Shown one piece after another: positions 62,501 to 64,000 of a stretch of DNA of 64,000 nt (positions are counted from its first letter, which is position 1; each line of letters opens with the position of its first letter). This stretch comes from an uncultured bacterium (GTDB taxonomy: Bacteria > UBP15 > UBA6099), in contig CAYPEK010000002.1 of assembly GCA_964409645.1 (NCBI GenBank), positions 48,971-112,970 on the forward strand, read 5' to 3'. Below the pieces are notes generated by a model, which searched no databases, had not been told where the DNA came from, and saw nothing but the letters and a program-made list of their open reading frames with translations. A program made the translations under genes and the position numbers.

Positions 62501-64000
62501 AGTCCGCGTTGTTTCTGCAGGCTGTACATAGTGCGGAGGTTGTCCCGCCGCCTATGCAGAATTGGTTCACGCCGCAATCCGCATCGCTGATACAAGCAAT
62601 CTGCACATGAGAGCAGATTGACTGAACAGTGCCGCCGTTACTGCACGAGTCCAGAGTGAGCGGATTACTATCGGCGCAGTCGGTGTCGTCTATGCATTGA
62701 ATCAGCGTGTGAACGCATGCAGCTTGCGCCGTTCCGCCGTTACTGCAAGTGTCTATAGTCAGCGGGTTGGTGTCGTCGCAGTCGGTGTCGGTGTTGCACG
62801 CGAGCGGGTCGTTCGAGCAGAACGCGTTTGCCGCGCCGGGATTGTTGCATTTGTCTAATGTCAACATATTGTTGTCGTTGCACTCGGAATCGTTGAAGCA
62901 GGCGATCTGATTGTGGGAACATGCGGCACTCACCGTTCCGCCGTTCGCGCATACGTCTTCAGTGTGTGTATCGCCGTCGTCACAGTCGGTGTTCGTATTG
63001 CATTCGATTACCGTGTTCACGCAATACGATGCGCCCGTGCCCGGATTCACGCACGTGTCGAGAGTGAGAGGTTCGGCGTCGTCGCAATCCGTATTCGAGG
63101 AACAGGTTATCTTCACATACGATATATTTAAAACTATCGTCTTTGTATTGCCCGCTGCGTCCTCTGCGACTATGGCGATAGCGTTCGCTCCTTCATCGAG
63201 CGAAAGATTATTGTACGTCCATACTCCGCCGGCAATCGCAGCGGCGTTCCCGTTCACTTCAACCGACACCACGCCGCTCGTTGCGTCGGACACGGTCCCG
63301 GCGAGATTGATCGTCGCGGCGTTCACTTCTTGTCCGTCCGTGTGACTCGTGACCGCTACTGACGGCGCGGTCATATCGATTGTGAAATTCACGCTCTTTT
63401 GCGCCGCGCTGTTATTCGATGTGTCTTTGCAGTCAATTGTGACATTGTGTTGTCCGTCGGCCGGCGAAAGCGGGCAATTCACGGAAACTGCTGTCACGAG
63501 GCATTGCGATGTTACGTCCGTGCCGTCGAGCTTCACTACAACCGTCGCGGGATTTACCGCCACATTGTCCGAAAGCTCCGCCTCGACAGTGACCGGAACC
63601 GCGTTGAATAATTCTCCGGGAGTCGGCGATTCGATATTAATCACAGGCGCTTCCGTGTCGCCGCCGCCATTGTTTACTATCACCTTTATTCTGTCGCTGA
63701 GGGTGTTTCGTCCGCGATGTCCGGTCAGTCTCGCCTCAACCTTTATCTCGAGCTGTCCTTCGGAATAGCTTGTCGTATTCAGGCTGAAAGTATAAACGCC
63801 TTGCTTTTTGTGGACGTTAGCCCGCGCCACAACCTGACCGCCGGCGTATAGGACCAGCTCTCGCACGCTTCTGTTTCTTACCGAATATGTGACAATAACC
63901 GGAATTGTGCCGGATACCTCGTCGCCATCTTCCGGCGATGTTATTTCAAGCTCTCGATCGGATGCCGATGCCGTATCCACCTTAAAATTAACGCTCTTTC
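47511..64000 (-). CDS. Giant secreted multidomain protein, more than 5489 aa; the N-terminus lies beyond the window end. It has Ig-like/Big and IPT domains, about 25 tandem Cys-rich CDDGN-type repeats, about seven 100-aa two-Cys repeats, and at least four parallel beta-helix modules
   Basis: A single uninterrupted reading frame from 47511 to the window edge. The Cys-rich repeats follow the pattern CNxDxDCDDxNxLTxDxCxNPGTxQSxCTHT, with a CDDGN core like Myxococcus-type cysteine-rich repeats. The beta-helix modules begin around GTLRSC and carry NxxIxxN/GxGI rungs. Stop at 47511. Confidence 0.9.
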   Translation of the reverse strand, partial: KSVNFKVDTASASDRELEITSPEDGDEVSGTIPVIVTYSVRNRSVRELVLYAGGQVVARANVHKKQGVYTFSLNTTSYSEGQLEIKVEARLTGHRGRNTLSDRIKVIVNNGGGDTEAPVINIESPTPGELFNAVPVTVEAELSDNVAVNPATVVVKLDGTDVTSQCLVTAVSVNCPLSPADGQHNVTIDCKDTSNNSAAQKSVNFTIDMTAPSVAVTSHTDGQEVNAATINLAGTVSDATSGVVSVEVNGNAAAIAGGVWTYNNLSLDEGANAIAIVAEDAAGNTKTIVLNISYVKITCSSNTDCDDAEPLTLDTCVNPGTGASYCVNTVIECNTNTDCDDGDTHTEDVCANGGTVSAACSHNQIACFNDSECNDNNMLTLDKCNNPGAANAFCSNDPLACNTDTDCDDTNPLTIDTCSNGGTAQAACVHTLIQCIDDTDCADSNPLTLDSCSNGGTVQSICSHVQIACISDADCGVNQFCIGGGTTSALCTACRNNADCDDSNDHTNDICNNANTSTASCSHDTIRCLNDSECDDNDSLTIDSCENPGTVQSTCTNTQFACNSAADCDDGNTLTIDGCENPGTLQSSCTHTSITCNSDEDCAVDQFCIGGGTVSSVCTACRNNSDCNDNDDHTEDICTNANTASAVCEHNEIRCFGDSECNDDNPLTIDQCENPGTVQSTCTNTQFACNSAANCDDGDALTIDECIDPGTLQSSCTHTQITCNNNTDCAPPAEFCINGGTTNALCAACRNNSDCDDGDSHTEDVCNDGSTASATCTHNAIMCLNDEECDDSVPLTLDVCENPGTVQSTCTNTAFVCNTDANCDDGIALTIDKCVDPGTLQSSCTHIQIACNTDTDCTSPGRFCVDGGTTTAICSACLSSADCNDGNDHTEDTCINEGTASAACTNIAIACLNNTECDDSNPWTLDACNNPGTINSSCSNDPMQCIADTDCADTNPLTIDTCINVGTTSATCQHTLIACNTADDCDDQNPLTIDTCSDGGTTSSACAHTQIACNSDADCAAQGGFCVNGGTTSALCSLCRNNDDCDDGNAHTEDICSNESTAAAACSHNTIRCLNDGECNDGIPLTLDICENPGTVQSTCTNTAFVCNSAANCDDSNPLTLDTCENPGTLQSECAHTLIACNIDADCTAPAIFCVAGGTTSAVCTACRNNIDCDDDNSHTADICIDASASTAACSHENITCLNDTECDDSNPETTDTCLNPGTSQSSCNHEQCPYACTADTDCNDNNIQTTDTCVNPSTCSAQCSNIFVPLTLTLNSPADGLITNNASLTVNGIATPGVTVTVNGNAVAVASDGSFATTITLVEGANTITAEAIRGTETITKTASVTLDTQSPSVTSIEPHDGQMVGTPPAEIVVVATDNTGGSGLNVSATVITLDGENLTAVYDETTSTFRAAVSLSGSGSHTISVSTADLAGNAITRTAVFSIDVTPPAITFISHTDGQTVGENRPVITVKIEDTGFGVNWNDSSCVTTSGCTLVQTSGDNGQITFINPLHEGENIINIHAVDLSPTPNAAEATIRINVNSTPPAISGLAVTPNLISPNNEGSAGVKDSAHITASISDSDGYTWKVEIRNNSEAVKTYTGEDSAVDLIWDGTDESGDPLPDGVYSIVLSAMDKSQFNHYAEAITEVTIDNTSPTVDIESPLDGENIQGTSFPAVIDATDSSTVEAVKIYIDGEFSAEAALDTGTTWRTEIDAQSLSSGNHTIGAVAIDAAGNPSATQTHQFVLNMMPPATTINSPDAGSWQKTNFTINVTNADASGSGLNVCYYRVLSNGTQTLGWTAYGCSTNPSITVGADTSNNCRNEGLNTCQVDFYDINNAGSSSPIISRQFSIDWSVPTAAIVAPIAGSIIGGTSAAVTVRAIDSAGPERVDLYIEDALFASSSVDTGNGIFKFAYNPQTVSAGSHTFNAIAFDKAGTPSASASVQITISHEMPFINSVYPQRGGFGDAVTILGSGLCANPNENIVRFGGVQAEVISGDSFMVTARVPAPEPGSVSMTKESGGNVSTTAGALSGPVTIQCGASTGNSFPFELTDQSGEASVVIPAGALPEDAVITVRRMLPKDNPANIPGGYAFGGGAFFTKSMVFNSPVTITLTLEQELTPGQELPMFFLDSEEDNQKWTATDIKGTVTSDGKHLTAQVPKFSAWVSGIPPRFTTYVCGDPGDVIMVIGEGFDMDHPDNNLFTFPGSATPEKGINAKTFRDLQYVTVRVPDTATSGNLEATVNGVPLTNAVPFTIGSGNDYPTPLIYATLSGISSSGFFSVAAVPTTIGDIYAADTKNIYHITNPSTKTLVSTLPASRRRMLMDMDIPLSHPERLYLTSAPDFTSIPKYDDAFLAAGGDAPIYYVQNTSSFPSEPQPLYELPPITITTSTDVPIPWISQGVSVAPDSSPASIVGDLFTMDYAMPQIAPFNIGRVDINQSTGESVGVGQGFTNFNPGTFFVTDIAFSNNGNSLYGAIFSHTVTDDSELPCIMDNTTVGCGTIEKIDTTSSALSCIISDISTPTGIAVGPESSSDSVVKGNLFISSMGESSVYKAQLDPATGNAVGGWARYSCGVPAANRISFDHAGNAYITSSNPHANSGNIFKLLAPSQSITPSITSIGYPTQCPRDNIHIFGNNFLAAQGASYVAYRDGTDYIPITSEYIVNWSDTDIELKLPPALLSMTTKEIKVRVENQFSNAVVVNIDVPQITSITPAELYITDSTGVFNEVTISGTNFTSGSNDFISFPSVTPPNQFKYEKITPTDSRVNAWTSTEIRIKLFGSIFPAATPGATSGDISFCDDITPTHIDVKPVISIVSTFTPTIGKTCSISDTHEYAGTNYMFQVIGQAFTNGFDSISYENPVLYFGSYSAHDSSYDPDYSPGYAYNSISGLVPGIGYGLVPNIPYGRYEVKLSKDGFDSINTPADPILFEIFGVKPTDYAKTSPGIYNLIFNTSRADTKPIKINLNGADYNLTADSSSNATIPGVSIINGVNTYTASSDTECNGSVTGTFDPRPSIGSCTFTPSSANPGDSVTLNCVNAQDPFSKNLAVSFTDSDGIFTPSGTISLDSIGGNAFQKTLTLVKPLTAGSRTITINAINTEDIPAIPVTATLAINNVAPVFSLCTLNPDNGDPGASINADCYVDDDNGNSDVTEVRIISADNIFNTGASNNLTHGTDNHWYFTGMIVKAVKGKPYNITFSATDSKPTTVNSSAITFTVNNLPPVITTGSCGFGTTNANPGQFVVLTCNMTDPNGTSDITSANFVDTEGVFSTAGSTIPLSLISGTTWKTATLTIKNVTGKSYNFTVNASDGLLSDTEPASININNVPPTISCSNFSPVQGIPETTLVDLTCTVTDANGDTISTVYISKDNGVFTPPIAGADIQLNNTSVSTWSVTGLQIARTPHDAKTIAIYATDITSAINSTSKTFTVQNGPPDPPVCNFSSLSGIKGDVISVNCEADDKNTAADITRVYINDALGIFEHTGTQLDLTKSVDKWVNSTITVKILTAGEYAFSVVSSDGAFTNSSNYTFRTNNILPVFDTCTFTPNSALPGANINISCHVTDTDGGLTSAGSSVSIDATSVPFNSVTLTRTAASTNYSAYYTGTIAVKGVPAATYTVNFTAIDKDGGADHKGYTFTVINSSPVIGTCSPVTGDIHQQVTISCQISDINNDTLTVTLDDSANDIFAETNPITLNPDGLGNYTASVTVNEKQGDFTYIVNAIDIPGNQIAKQMQFKVDMCPGYSVTSNSDEQFAKYSLRMCIAKAGIASTPQTVTFNLPPASTFIEVASPITISGSTGMTIDGSISGSAGVIVRKKSGSCATGCDGIVLSSNGNTLKNLKISGFDYTGKAGIAVTGNNNTVIGNWIGTENGTDATPNYYGIALSGTAQNNTIGNNTANGVNAIVFNASHGVTIGSGASRAKINYNQIYGNGGLGIKLESGANGGIAAPAIRSLMNSATSGYLKALVNVPVCAAAPCTVEIYETGENSILEDPSGAGEGYKILISSQCSGTGNCVIDNIPIPNSTTKSITATVTDSTGNTSQFANNYGTNNCTVTSNADTGDWTLRSCIDTANTSAGTKIVFDPSVTQVNIQTALPYLTGDRTEIEGNTSGGDPATKIVGLGPDSSTTFYGLNIQSKDVKLSHLIILGFKVGLSTFGDTADNAIIEDNWIGTADGTSLPATALRVGNGIINGTNHSTTHDSANIIRRNVISGSTNVNLTLYNCAACTIADNMIGVNAAGTALLDATGSNACIYARGINTRDTISGNVIGGCTYGIYFESTSQSTISNNFIGISQAGADIHNKKGIFIYAQSSDNTISNNTIAYNDDDAGYGGGIYVYPNNNHTRITQNRIYENTGAGIVFGAYIPSPNDDIKPPVIDNIVKSGGNYTISYTIPENSRCTSAQTCTAELFLVDNTSSPTVSPDESKTGEAFRYVDHSLNLQCPAAPATCVLTFSVSEASLPTTSTAITMTLTDSEGNTSTFAQNHLIDDDCEVTSSADTGSGTLRSCIDMANTFPGTKIVFDPSVTQVNIQTALPYLTGDRTEIEGNTSGGDPATKIVGLGPDSSTTFYGLNIQSKDVKLSHLIILGFKVGLSTFGDTADNAIIEDNWIGTADGTSLPATALRVGNGIINGTNHSTTHDSANIIRRNVISGSTNVNLTLYNCAACTIADNMIGVNAAGTALLDATGSNACIYARGINTRDTISGNVIGGCTYGIYFESTSQSTISNNFIGISPAGADIHNKRGLFIYSQSSDNTISNNSIAYNNDATGFGGGIYVSANNNHNTFTKNRIYENTGAGIVFEAYNPSPNDGIQPPVIQTIFDNGNGLYTINVHFPDGIDCTSGSNGCKVELFIADGPHESPKILADSTGYGEGFLYVNHTPESELTSFCSLSSNCYLVINNVNLRQVSRYSSYLTATITDSAGNTSTYAANYEIPNVCPDLMVRSSADRGSETLRSCLATKDLLDNSAISFNDYPVGEVINLKTTLPSFTKSNITIDGGNKNIILDGSGITAIGGVGLNILTSNNVVKNLEFRNFPAVGIYIGNSGSTTTDNLVQNCKIHHNGSLSTAGGGISLFGSGVVRNTLSQNSIYENNGPGIKLSMSANASAPPPVIETVTKGTDGKYLIKVDIPLQDNCMNGPKGLCKVEIFAANDPTSNVVLDPTGSGEGYMYVTSYTTLSNCDSTYCYMYISSVDVSSINKYSTHITATVTDSYGNTSPYAANFALPYHCPDNKVTSSSDTTESGTLRSCMYSGSLANGNSIDFSALAVGTVISIQTALPIFDKSSITIDGGSGRNIVLDGTLYTASGGAGLRINTSSNVVKNLEIRNFPAAGIAMGNSGSTTTDNLVQSCKIHHNGALTTAGGGVTLYGAGVVRNKITQNSIYENNGPGIKLSSGANGSLSAPTIVSITKTATNYVITASVASTATCSAALPCKVEFFLADDTSIPVAADTTSGEGYKYLDYLSFTTAGVSLTKNILISSVSSTSHTLSATLTDGNGNTSPFAVNMTLP
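49589..52216. repeat. Tandem duplication of about 1314 bp inside the giant gene; the core of about 580 bp (49861-50440 against 51175-51754) is nearly identical
   Basis: Direct reading shows long identical runs offset by exactly 1314 nt, for example CCGCTTATCGTGTCGCGGGTGTTGATTCC at 49921 and at 51235. The encoded beta-helix modules are about 95% identical. Confidence 0.85.
60300..63100. repeat. Coding tandem array of Cys-rich super-repeats (about 405 nt each, roughly 6 copies) inside the giant gene
   Basis: Recurrent nucleotide blocks such as GCAGTCGGTGTCGG...GCAGACGAAAGCGGTGTTCGTGCAGGT and a periodic protein motif CNSAADCDDGNTLTIDGCENPGTLQSSCTHT. Confidence 0.8.

Noticed and set aside
60300-63100. 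Regular tandem repeats that could be mistaken for a CRISPR array
   Set aside because: The repeats are 120-405 nt coding units inside one continuous ORF, with no short spacer/repeat alternation and no cas genes.

Overview
This is a high-GC window (about 58-60% over most of its length), gene-dense, with most genes on the minus strand. The content resembles an uncultivated glycan-degrading bacterium, possibly of the PVC group (Lentisphaerae, Verrucomicrobia or Kiritimatiellae); that placement is a guess from gene content only. The main contents, in order along the window:
- A polyphosphate module at 1-6092: the N-terminus of ppk1 (partial), a two-domain PPK2 of the polyP:AMP phosphotransferase type, and a CYTH triphosphate-tunnel enzyme, with a GH2 gene between them.
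- A secreted glycoside hydrolase set with no SusC/SusD genes: GH2, GH84, a GH106-like enzyme, GH3 with a PA14 insert, GH92, and a TAT-exported (alpha/alpha)6-type enzyme. A CocE/NonD hydrolase, a YncE beta-propeller/phosphoesterase fusion and a CxxCH x2 cytochrome-like protein fused to a sulfite-oxidase-fold domain are interspersed.
- A sigma-54 activator whose input domain is ArsC/LMW-PTP-like, followed by a PhnD-like binding protein.
- A four-gene operon at 16035-20793 with two membrane-anchored GAF/class-III adenylyl cyclases flanking two polytopic membrane proteins. The two cyclase domains are degenerate in complementary halves of the active site, which suggests an obligate heterodimer.
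- An 1133-aa protein whose C-terminal half is a complete iron-sulfur L-serine dehydratase (all three cluster-ligand cysteines present) fused to an unrecognised N-terminal region of about 570 aa.
- A tctCBA tricarboxylate transporter and two SAM-dependent methyltransferases.
- A secreted protein of more than 5489 aa that runs off the window end. It contains Ig-like and IPT domains, about 25 tandem Cys-rich CDDGN-type repeats, and several beta-helix modules, two of which are nearly identical at the DNA level.

Other observations:
- A motif related to GATTCACCACAAAGRCAC..GGCACAAA recurs upstream of three GH genes (a short 14/18 match at GH2, a ~90-nt element at GH3, two copies at GH92).
- A low-GC islet of about 1.3 kb carries one orphan gene. 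It sits next to a 28-bp perfect inverted repeat and a 31-codon dockerin-like remnant.
- There is a 20-bp perfect palindrome in the GH2 promoter region.
- I saw no rRNA, tRNA, CRISPR array, transposase or integrase.
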